Positions 54,301 through 64,000 of a stretch of DNA of 64,000 bases are shown here, piece by piece. The DNA is from Tubiluchus corallicola. Its lineage: Eukaryota; Animalia; Priapulida. The position numbers and the translations under genes are program-made. Location of the stretch: assembly GCA_030141605.1 (NCBI GenBank), contig JAQGDQ010000988.1, positions 8,598 to 72,597 on the forward strand, read 5' to 3'. Position 1 is the first letter of the stretch. The number at the start of each line of letters is the position of its first letter. The notes below the pieces were generated by a model, which saw nothing but the letters and a program-made list of their open reading frames with translations, was not told where the DNA came from and ran no database searches.

Positions 54301-55878
54301 TTGATCAAGAAGACATTGACAAGAACTCGAGTTGATCAAGAAGACATTGACAAGAACTCGAGTTGATCAGGAAGACATTGACAAGAACTCGACTTGATCA
54401 AGAAGACATTGACAAGAACTCGAGTTGATCAAGAAGACATTGTCAAGAACTTGAGCTGATCAAGAAGACATTGACAAGAACTCGAGTTGATCAAGAAGAC
54501 ATTAACAAGAACTCGAGTTGATCAAGAAGACATTGACAAGAACTCGAGCTGATCAAGAAGACATTGACAAGAACTCGAGTTGATCAAGAAGACATTGACA
54601 AGAACGTGAGTTGATCAAGAAGACATTGACAAGAACTTGAGTTGATCAAGAAGACATTGACAAGAACTTGAGTTGATCAAGAAGACATTGACACGAACTT
54701 GAGTTGATCAAGAAGACATTGACAAGAACTCGAGCTGATCAAGAAGACATTGACAAGAACTCGAGTTGATCAAGAAGACATTGACAAGAACTCGAGCTGA
54801 TCAAGCAGACATTGACAAGAACTCGAGTTGATCAAGAAGACATTGACAAGAACTCGAGCTGATCAAGAAGACATTGACAAGAACTTGAGTTGATCAAGAA
54901 GACATTGACAAGAACTCGAGTTGATCAAGAAGACATTGACAAGAACTCGAGCTGATCAAGCAGACATTGACAAGAACTCGAGTTGATCAAGAAGACATTG
55001 ACAAGAACTCGAGTTGATCAAGAAGACATTGACAAGAACGTGAGTTGATCAAGAAGACATTGACAAGAACTTGAGTTGATCAAGAAGACATTGACAAGAA
55101 CTTGAGTTGATCAAGAAGACATTGACACGAACTTGAGTTGATCAAGAAGACATTGACAAGAACTCGAGCTGATCAAGAAGACATTGACAAGAACTCGAGT
55201 TGATCAAGAAGACATTGACAAGAACTCGAGCTGATCAAGCAGACATTGACAAGAACTCGAGCTGATCAAGCAGACATTGACAAGAACTCGAGCTGATCAA
55301 GAAGACATTGACAAGAACTCGAGTTGATCAAGAAGACATTGACAAGAACTCGAGCTGATCAAGAAGACATTGACAAGAACTCGAGTTGATCAAGAAGACA
55401 TTGACAAGAACTCGAGTTGATCAATCCACACTGTATTATATCAATGCTGTATTTCATTTTCAAATGTTTCCAGATGTTGCAATTTTAATCCATTTAGCTG
55501 CTCATTGCTGACGAAGCCATTTAGTAATAATACATCAGGTAGTGATGTGAATCAATACAATTTGATCAATACGATTTCTATTCGATACGATGAGGGTTCA
55601 CCGGTGCCATGCAGCATCTTCTGTAGCAAAATTTTAACGAAGATGCTGTCATTTCTTACAGGGAGCCTGCGAGAGTGTCAAGTTAGACGAGTATTCGAAG
55701 GACATGGCATACATCGACAGAAACAAGATCACCGCCAACAATATCGTGTTCTCATTTCAATTTCCTCTTCCATTTGAAGGTTAGTCGCTTGTTCGTTCCG
55801 CGCCTTCGAGTCTGGGCGTTTTTGTAAGAACAATCAATTTCTCAACGTCAGTACTTTTTGAGATTATTTGGCCATTTG

Positions 55879-55918
<40 letters not shown>

Positions 55919-58900
55919 CTTTATTTAAAGTCGGCTTTTGGGTCAACAGTTAACATAAGCTCAAAGAGACATTATCGCCGACTGTAAATAACAACCTACA
56001 ACTGCATAACATAGACTATTATTACCCCACTTTTGCCCTAAATGTCACGCGTCAGGCAGGGCAACAGCAGGTACCATTTTTAAGGTCTATGGTATGACCC
56101 GGCCGCTGGTTCGAATTCACGACCTCCCAGACGGAAAGTAGACGCATTAGACTTAATTGAATTGAATTGAAATTTAATTTTTTTCAACTTTACAAATGTA
56201 CAGTAACCACTTCCAGTCTATAAAGGAGCAATGGTCGAATTTTATACAGGTCAATGAGGCTTAATTGTCAGTAATGAGTGAAAAGGAGAGAAAGCAGCCA
56301 GGCGAACAAAAGGTCATCCAGTCAGCCATCCTTTTAATATGTTAACATAGTAAATAATCACAGGCAGCACTGTGAGTAATGAGGTACAGACAATAAATGC
56401 ATTTAACCAGCCTGAATTCGTAAATTAGTTATTTAAACAAAAATTGGGGAAATTAACATATAATTTTATGTATATTTGTAGTTTGATTGAGAAATGAATG
56501 TTTCATTTAACATTATGATAATTTATTATGTTACAAAATTATCTTTACGACTTAAAACACGTGTTAAAACATGTCTGCAATGTTCAAAGCTCGGTTCTGC
56601 AAACTTGTGTGCCTTTTTTCGATTTTCTCAACTGGATCTGTCTTTCTAGGTGTTTCGGATCCGGAAATGACTCCCTGGTTTCAGTATATGCTTGGAGTTC
56701 TGCTGCCCGAAATTCATTACAACCCCAAAAATGAGTTCGGTGAGTTTGCGCCTTCAGTCTCCTGGCGACAAGTTTTCGTTTAATAGACTTATATTAGAAG
56801 CAAGGCAGTATAATTTACTGTTCTGTACGCCAATTTTCGCTTCCACAAATACGTGCAACACGCTTGTGGAGTATTTTTGCTCTTGAAAATTATGTTAGTT
56901 TGTGAGGTCATCAAAAGTTGGGCTCATCGGCTGTTCGGTGAGTTTCCGCCTTCATAAGTTTTCGTTTAATAAATTTATATTAGAAGCAAGGCAGTATAAT
57001 CTAGTATTGTCTAACGAAGGCGGTATAATTATTATGCTTAAAGGAAAATTGGAAGATTAATCAAACTCATTCTCATTTTAATTTATTGTTCAAGATATAC
57101 ATTTTTTTGCTTCTAAAAGTTAGCAATTGTTTCTAGTATTTGAATAATTACCTTGGAACGTAAGTTAATGGCAACCGAACACAGCTATTGCATACGTCAC
57201 AAACTAACCACCGTTTGTGCAATGGGAGGCATCTTCTCTTGCGCACCAAGCGCGATTGCGTAAGAGAAGATTGCTATAAGATGCGGTAAATTTGAAATTT
57301 AAATTTGTAAATTTAAAATTTGCCAAGTTTTTGTATATCACATTGAACGTTATACAGTAACACTGTACTTCAATTTTGCAAACACGTGCAACACGCTTGT
57401 GGGATGTTTCTGATAGTTTGTGATGTCATCAATAGTTGGGTTCGTCTACCATTAATTAAGTTTTTAAACTATTGTTTAATTACCAGAAACACTTTGGCAA
57501 TTAAGTTTTTAAACTATTGTTTAATTACCAGAAACACTTTGGCAATTAAGTTTTTAAACTATTATTTAATTACCAGAAACGCTTTGGCATTGTTATAGAT
57601 GTTATAGATGCGTAATTTTTACCGTACTTTAAAATCGTGTAGGATACGAAAAATCGTCCCGTTTTTCTTAAATGCTAGTATCCTGTTTCAGGAAACCGGG
57701 AGTTGCTTCTGGATTTAAAACTTGCCTACAGAGACCGTCTGGAAGACGACTGGAAGCTGATCACGCATTCGGAGGAGGAAAGAGTTATTGACTGCAGCAT
57801 TGAAGATGAGCTTGTATGTCAGTTTTGTTGCTACGTGTTGCTGCATGTTGCTGCGTGTTGCTGCATGCTTGTGCTTGTTGAAACTTGTGAACATGTCTTG
57901 TTATTTTTTTGGAGAAAGATGTGATGATGCTTAAAGCACAAGAAAACTCTCCACTTACATAAAGCTTAAAAAATTCGTCTTGAAATTTTATACCACTTAC
58001 ATGCTGTTTTTTTTTCATGCAGGGCTTGCGTCAACAGTAACGCTGTATAAAAGGTGTATATTTAAACTCCCATGATGAGCCTTGGGTGCTTGCACGACGT
58101 CTTATTACATACAGAGCATGTGTCAACAGTAATGCTGTATAAAATGCGTAAATTTAGACTCCCGCTGTGAGCGTTAGGTGCAGCCATTTTAATAACATAG
58201 TTTTGATAACATTGTGTAAAGTTTGAAAAAATAATCAGTGCATTCCTAACATACATGTCGCTAAGAAAAATTTTAAATTACTGTATCTTGTCAATAATGT
58301 AAAAATACATTTTTGGTTAGTGGGTGGCGCACCCTGGAGGGTGTCAGCTACATTTTGCCAATTGGCACGAACGTTTTAAATTATTATTTCTAGTTACACA
58401 AATCTTTCCAGCAGGTAAGGGAAATATTAAGTAACATAGATTTGCATGGAAAGTTTTTGGGACATAATTTAACATTTCCTTTTTTTCCCCTGATTTACAG
58501 TGTGCGTAGTGACGTCATGTAATGGCGCCGTTGAAACAGTATTGCGGGAGATTTGAAATGAAAACAAACGAAAATGTCTTTCAACACGAGTACGATATGT
58601 GCATAAAATTGCTGTAAAATAATATAATTTTCAAGGCAATTTTTCTGAAACCTGCTTCAGGTACCCCTTTTCTTGTCCTTTAATCATGAGCTACAGGTTG
58701 GAAAGAAATTGTGTCATTATTTAAATTTTCCAGTAAGAGTTCTGTCCGTGAATTTCACAAAGTAGACGGTTTGTTTATTCCAACAGCTGACACTGTTTGT
58801 CGTTTCTCTGGTCCCGGCAGTCAATGACGCGGCAAGGCACTTCATCACTAACACTGGCCCTAGACTTTGGAATAATATCAACGAATACATAAAAAATTCT

Positions 58901-60546
58901 TCATCTATAAATAACTTCAAAAGAAATTTCAAAACTGAAATCTTTTCTAATTATACAGAATAAATCAGTTTGATTAATTACGCTGCAGTCCCTGTCGGAA
59001 TCCATTGTGTTGCTGGCTATGTCAATTTTTACATTTCTATAGTTCACGTTACTTCATACAGATACCACCACCACATCTTTCTCTTTCTTTCTATTCTCTA
59101 TTAACCTTTCCTTCTACTCCTTTACTGCTCTTTTCTATTACACTCAGTCCACATTCATTACTTCTTACAGATACCATCATATCTTTCTCCTCTTTCTATT
59201 CTCTATTAACCTTTCCTTCTACTCCTTTACTGCTCTTTTCTATTACACTCAGTCCACATTCATTTGGGGGTACTCTAAACAAGTAATTACTTCTTGAATA
59301 CCCCACGGGTCATTTGCAGCTTGGCATTTTGTGCACATAATAATAAATATATTATTAAATACTTTTATGTACAATGCTGTGATGATCATTGTGGATATAT
59401 TTAATAAATAATAATAATAAAAAAATCAAATTTCCTTTTAATTAGTTTGCATCAAATGATTTCGTGCGGCTGTCGTGCTCTTTCTCTTTAAGGTAATTCC
59501 AGGTACGTGTATCGTACATAATTCGCTGAATTAAGTCACATTTTTTCTTGGCAACGAATGTTTGTCAATGCTTCATTTTCTGTGGTGAAGACCGTGATCT
59601 AGACTGGTCAATTTCTTCTGCTAGCAGCAACAAGAATTACAGTGTTCCCTCACTTATCGCGGGTGTTCCATTCCAGGCCCATCCGCGATAAGTGAACTTC
59701 CGCGAAGTAGGGACGCTATACTTATTTTAGTAGTTATACATTATTTTAAGTCTTTATAAACCCCCTCCCCACACTCTTACACATAACCCTTTCCCATATA
59801 TATATATTTTACTATAATAAGTTTAATATTTTTTTAGTTTTTTTTATAACCGCTTCGATCTCACAAGATTTGTCCATTCTTCTTCTTCATCTACACTCAC
59901 ATCTCGGTTTGCTGGACAAAAGCGGGGACACGTCGGGCCGAATTTGCCGATTGTCTGTATTTACCGATACTAAGCTAATATAGAGGGCACTGTGCATTAG
60001 ACGCATGGTAATGTAAACTCAATCATCTAATTGTCTCAAAAACGTCTAGTATGGGCTGCTCCTATGCAAAAGTAAAAACTGTCAGCAATTGATTTAAATA
60101 ATTCCACATAATTGACTATATTTTTATGTACATAGAGATATACACGTGGTTACACTGACGTAATGATGTAAACAAAGTGACGGCCTGCCAACTAGCGGTC
60201 AGCTTGTGAAATAGCGGAGTCCGATCTTATCATGTGGGACTTTTAACGGACCCGATTTTGTCCGATTCTTCCGATATTCGTAAATGTGAAGCCCGGCAAA
60301 CCGAGATATTTGTGTACTGATGAGCTAAATTAATGTACCTGAGTGTATATCTGATGTAACTGTAATATAACTGATGTTTACTCTCTTTTACAGAAGGATG
60401 CGGGTCAGAGCTACAATTGTTCCCTGCTGCCGTTGCTCGAGCTCGGCGCCGTTAGCCACCCGTTTTACCTCCTCAACATCCGGCTGCCGTTACGAGACGA
60501 CGCCAAGAACTATCATATAGGACAACTGGTGGAAATGTGGACATTT
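42355..60546 (+). CDS. WLS: Wntless (Wnt cargo receptor, GPR177/Evi/MIG-14), coding exons 1-6; the gene continues beyond the window
   Basis: Exons 42355-42460 (MAGTILENLSNRKLLYLTGILVSLQIAYFLVGGLI), 53853-53953 (APRPNN...CVD), 55662-55779 (ITANNIVFSFQFPLP), 56650-56739 (EMTPWFQYML), 57692-57813 (LDLKLAYRD...HSEEERVIDC), 60394-60546 (YNCSLLPLLELGAVSHPFYLLNIRLP). All phases are compatible, and the motifs match recalled WLS sequence. Confidence 0.95.
42752..43258. mobile_element. hAT (Charlie-like) MITE, third copy
   Basis: Same TIRs; perfect TSD GTCTAAAT. Confidence 0.9.
43515..44800. mobile_element. Two adjacent Kolobok-like elements (43515-44073 and 44078-~44800, family K3) sharing one TTAA
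   Basis: TTAA|AGGAAAAGTCAA...TTGTCCTTTCCT|TTAA|AGGAATATG...CTGCCTTCCT. K3 sequence recurs at ~38510-40110, 20860-20975 and 57280-57670. Confidence 0.65.
48578..49670. repeat. 31-bp minisatellite, ~35 copies
   Basis: Unit TAGACAAACAATAGCATGCAATACAATATAA with 26-bp variants. Confidence 0.95.
51379..51474 (-). pseudogene. 5S rRNA-derived copy with an internal ~20-nt deletion
   Basis: Reverse complement of the 5S consensus; it lacks the GTTCTCGTCTGATC segment present in the 52948-53063 copy. Confidence 0.8.
52948..53063 (-). pseudogene. Near full-length 5S rRNA-derived copy
   Basis: Reverse complement reads ACGGCCATATCACGTTGAAAATGCCGGTTCTCGTCTGATCCCCGAAGTTAAGCAACG...GTACTTGGATGGGTGACCGCC...GGTGCTGTAGGCTT. 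The 5' GCCT is missing. Confidence 0.85.
54024..55424. repeat. 31-bp minisatellite, ~45 copies
   Basis: Unit GATCAAGAAGACATTGACAAGAACTCGAGTT, with no unique spacers. Confidence 0.95.
55879..56152 (-). mobile_element. tRNA-derived SINE, third copy
   Basis: Reverse complement of the 9594 SINE with an (AAT)n tail. Confidence 0.85.
57935..58679. mobile_element. Kolobok-like non-autonomous element, family K1, full copy (partial copies ~293-648, 12764-13403, 40929-41480, 51492-51690, 53081-53280)
   Basis: TTAA|AGCACAAGAAAA...TTTTCTTGTCCT|TTAA: TTAA TSD, AG...CT termini and ~12-bp TIR. The internal sequence is shared among the listed copies. Confidence 0.75.
58740..59420 (+). mobile_element. CR1/L2-group LINE 3' end with UTR and (AAAT/AAT)n tail (related copies 44970-45400 and 45713-45960)
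   Basis: GPRLWNNINEYIKNSSSINNFKRNFK followed by a shared 3' UTR and an A-rich tail. Confidence 0.7.
59640..59790. mobile_element. Tigger/pogo-like terminal fragment
   Basis: TA|CAGTGTTCCCTCACTTATCGCGG...CCGCGATAAGTGA, a typical Tigger-like end. The other end was not found. Confidence 0.5.
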
Positions 60547-61662
60547 GTAAGAAAATTTGTAATTTGATAACAGCAAAATGTTACTGGTTGTCCGTAAAGC
60601 TCCAAATAGATTTAGTAGCTCTATTGCAAGTGCAGTAATCATAGCTTAAATGAAAACCGGATGATTGTGTAAACACGAGTTCAGAATAAAGAATGCTCTA
60701 AAATATTGAAAAATACAATAGCTTATTTTAAATCAAAGCTAAGATTAAATAATAATTACATCGGATACTCAAATTTTGTTACACATTCAAAGCTACGCGC
60801 GGCTCAGTGAATCTACTAAGATTGGTAGTGGCGCCTTTTTGTCACATTCGCGTGACTGACAAATAGAAGGCGGTACCGTGATAAGCATAATCATGAACAG
60901 TAGTGTTAGTTTCTGACGTCATATGATGTAAAGCACATTTTTTGTGACATCACGCGTTTAAGCAGTACTGTAACACTTATGCAAATGAGCTTGATGCGCA
61001 AGGGAGGATGCCTGCCATTGCACAAACTGTGGTTAGTTTCTGACGCAAGCAATAGCTGTGTTCGGTTGCCGTTAATTAACTTTCTAAGCTAATTATTCAA
61101 ATATAAGAAACAATTGCTAACTTAGCTTAGAATCAAAGCTACAAGTGTACATTTACATGAATAACAACTCTTGTGGTTTGGCTAACATCCCTTATGCTCA
61201 TAACTTATTCACTAAGCAAGCAGTAAATCTTTGGAACTCATTACCGGTCGAAATTGAAAGAAGTGACTCACTAGCAAAATTCAAAAGCTTAATTACAAAA
61301 CACACAATGGAAAGATTGGAATATCCAACCCATCAAAATGATAATATCAGCTCTAGTTTTAATTTTATTTATCTCCGAATTCATTAAAGGAAAACCAGAT
61401 GATTGTGTAAACACGAGTTCTGAATGAAGAATACTCTAAAGTATTGAAAACTACAATAGCTTTTTTTCAATCAAAGCTTAGATTAAATAATAATTACCTC
61501 GGATACACAAATTTCGTTAAAGTTTCAAAGCTACACGCGGCTCAGTGAATCAACTAAGATTGGCATTGTTATAGATGTTATAGATGCGTAATTTTTACCG
61601 TACTTTAAAATCGTGTAGGATACGAAAAATCATCCCGTTTTTCTTAAATGCTAGTATCTGTT

Positions 61663-63696
61663 TTAGGAAGCAGGGAGTTTGTTGTTGTTGTTGTTGTTAG
61701 TGGTAGTGGTGGTGGTGATGGTTGTGGTGGTGGTAGTGGTGGTGGTGGTGGTGGTGGTGGTGGTGGTGGTGGTGGTGGTGGTGGTGGTGGTGGTCGTGAT
61801 GGTGCTGCTGTTGCATGTGCCATTGGCACAGGGATTGTTAAAACAAGGATCTTCAATGTTACAAAATTCTCCAATATATCCTTCATCACAGTCACAGTAA
61901 GGTTGGCTCTGATCTCCTGGATCTGGCCTACAAGTACCATTATTACAAGGACTGCAAAAACATGGATCTGCTGTGTCACAATATTCACCAATCCAGGCTG
62001 GATAACAAGTGCAGTTTGCTACTGACGGATTTTCAAGATCTGACATGCACACGCCATTTCCACAGGGATCATTGAAACACGGATCTTCAAAATTACAATT
62101 TTCACCAACGAATCCCTCATCACAGTCACAATGAGGCTGGGTGTAGTCGTCTGGATTAGGTTTACAGGTTCCGTTAAGACAAGTGAAATCTAAACAAGGA
62201 CTGAAAATGTCACAAAGCTCTCCTTCATATGCTGGAATGCATTCACACGATGGCAGAGATTCGTCATCGGGATTTGGGATACAAATACCATTGATACACG
62301 TGTCGTTCACACATGGATCTGAAATGTTGCAAAACTGACCAATCCACGTGGAGTAACAAGTGCAATTTGCAACTGATGGAACCTCTGAATCTGGTGTGCA
62401 GATACCATTCAAACAAGGATCATCTAAACAAGGATCATCACTGTCACAATGGTCGCCTATAAAACCGTCTTCGCAGTCACAGTAAGGTTGAGTTGAATTA
62501 TTTGAATCCGGTTTGCATTCTCCATTAACGCACTCGTACTCCAGACAAGGAGTAAAAATGTCACAAACTTCTCCTTCGTAGGCAGGATCACAGTCACAGA
62601 ATGGCGAAGCTTCATCATCTGGATCCGGTATACAAGTACCATTGACACACTCATCATATCCAATGCAAGGATCATCTGTCACATTACAAAATTCTCCCAC
62701 AAAGCCTGGGTTACACAGACAATAAGGCAAGGTAAAATTTTCTGGATTTGGTGCGCAGGTCCCATTGATGCAGAGATCTGAGTCATAATCCAAACACGGA
62801 TCAACAAAGTTGCAGTAGTCGCCCACGTAACCATCATCACATGTGCAGTTTGGTTTTGATGGATCATTGATGTCCGGCTCACAATCTCCATGTTCACAAG
62901 GACCAGTCGGGTTACAAGGGTCAACATGCTGACAAAGGTCTCCAATGTATCCTTCAATGCACCGACAGTCGACTCTCGTGTCATCGATCTCCTCGCAGAC
63001 GCCACCGTTTTGGCAAGGGTTTGGCAAACAAAGGTCAATGTCGATTTCACAAAACAATCCTTCAAATCCATACGGGCAATTGCAATCAGGAAGTGATGGA
63101 TCTGTGATATTTGGTGTGCATGTTCCTCCATTCAAACAAGGTTCAGAGTTGCAAGGGTTTGTGATGCTGCAGTCATCTCCAACCCATTCTGGTGTACAAT
63201 GACACGTGTAGGAGTCATTCACCCAACACGTCCCTCCATTCATACACGGATTTGGCACACAAAGATCATCAAAATCGCAGTGTTCTCCATCCCACCCCGG
63301 ATGACAAATACACTGAGCTATCTCTGGATCTTGTGCATGGGGGTGGCAGTCGCCATTAACACAGGGATTGTTTGCATCAGCGCATGGGTCGATGAGCGTA
63401 CAATTGTCACCCCACCATCCATCTGGACAACGACACTCGTAGTAACCAGGTATGCTAGGATGTGGCAAACACGTTCCACCGTTTTCACAAGGCTGTGGGT
63501 AACAATGATTCCTTCTTTCACAGTTGTAACCCGTCCATTCATTCTCACAGAAGCAAATGTATCCATTCGGTGGTGGACCAGGAACGCAAACACCACCATT
63601 CTGGCAAGGGTCAGATGTACAATCTGCTCTGATTGTTACAATGAGACATAAACCAACAAAAAATCCTGGCAGTACTTTTTTATAAGAAGAATCCAT
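61663..63696 (-). CDS. Secreted acidic multi-EGF-repeat protein (15 complete plus 1 partial EGF-like domains, poly-Thr tail), single coding exon, 677 aa
   Basis: Uninterrupted 2-kb ORF with an N-terminal hydrophobic signal (FFVGLCLIVTIRA) and repeated CxxxPCxNGGxC...CxCxxGxxGxxC units. No TM segment. A splice acceptor TTTCAG lies just 5' of the ATG. Confidence 0.85.
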   Translation of the reverse strand: MDSSYKKVLPGFFVGLCLIVTIRADCTSDPCQNGGVCVPGPPPNGYICFCENEWTGYNCERRNHCYPQPCENGGTCLPHPSIPGYYECRCPDGWWGDNCTLIDPCADANNPCVNGDCHPHAQDPEIAQCICHPGWDGEHCDFDDLCVPNPCMNGGTCWVNDSYTCHCTPEWVGDDCSITNPCNSEPCLNGGTCTPNITDPSLPDCNCPYGFEGLFCEIDIDLCLPNPCQNGGVCEEIDDTRVDCRCIEGYIGDLCQHVDPCNPTGPCEHGDCEPDINDPSKPNCTCDDGYVGDYCNFVDPCLDYDSDLCINGTCAPNPENFTLPYCLCNPGFVGEFCNVTDDPCIGYDECVNGTCIPDPDDEASPFCDCDPAYEGEVCDIFTPCLEYECVNGECKPDSNNSTQPYCDCEDGFIGDHCDSDDPCLDDPCLNGICTPDSEVPSVANCTCYSTWIGQFCNISDPCVNDTCINGICIPNPDDESLPSCECIPAYEGELCDIFSPCLDFTCLNGTCKPNPDDYTQPHCDCDEGFVGENCNFEDPCFNDPCGNGVCMSDLENPSVANCTCYPAWIGEYCDTADPCFCSPCNNGTCRPDPGDQSQPYCDCDEGYIGEFCNIEDPCFNNPCANGTCNSSTITTTTTTTTTTTTTTTTTTTTTTTTTTITTTTTTNNNNNNKLPAS

Positions 63697-64000
63697 TTTT
63701 ACTCTCTGAAATCAATTAAAAAGTGTGTTAGCACTTACTTATTTATATAGCTAAATTTATTTAGATTTAACTTTTTTCGTTCCCGTCATCTGAACAGTCG
63801 TGAATCAGATTTTACTGAATGTTCCTGCTTCCTAGCTTTTGCTCAATGTTCAGTGCAGCAGTTTTGCTACTCATGTTTTCTGTATAAACACTAAATAAAC
63901 ACTTTTCTGTTGTGTGAAGTGCAAATATTTATTACAGATTTTTGATTCCTATCCATACTTCTCTGCGCCTAAACTCAAGCATAACAAAGTAACTGAACAA

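Noticed and set aside
54024-55424. 31-bp partly palindromic repeat array as a CRISPR array
   Set aside because: Units are contiguous with no unique spacers, there are no cas genes, and it lies in a eukaryotic intron: a minisatellite.
61331-61345. HQN codons as Wntless exon 7
   Set aside because: Continues HQNDNI rather than HQNGGF, has no acceptor, and sits in a LINE 3' remnant.
61648-62025. Poly-Gly ORF on the plus strand
   Set aside because: Antisense reading of the EGF gene's (ACC)n tract.
61663-63696. Notch, Delta, Crumbs or fibropellin orthologue
   Set aside because: No DSL, LNR, LamG, CUB, avidin or TM segments; only generic EGF repeats.

Overview
AT-rich genomic DNA from an animal, most likely an invertebrate; the taxon cannot be determined from the sequence. 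It has GT-AG introns and a dense load of repeats. Reading exons by hand gives seven gene models, several largely missed by the ORF track. (1) The 3' end of an apolipophorin/vitellogenin-type large lipid transfer protein (VWD-C8-VWA-like; +, 795-11056). (2) A compact SYCE2-like synaptonemal-complex gene (-, 13574-16173). (3) A signal-LRR-mucin stalk-TM receptor (-, 21721-24216). (4,5) Two orphan secreted Cys-rich genes with matching exon architecture (+, 28634-31288, frameshifted at a GAT tract; +, 36885-38411). (6) The first six coding exons of Wntless (+, 42355-60546, continuing past the window). (7) An acidic multi-EGF secreted protein with no introns in its CDS, nested antisense in the Wntless intron (-, 61663-63696). 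Repeats include TTAA-flanked Kolobok-like MITEs (one variant fused to a 5S rRNA copy), hAT and Tc/mariner MITEs, a tRNA-SINE, LINE and Ty3/gypsy remnants, many minisatellites and local duplications. All homology calls come from recalled motifs, not database searches.
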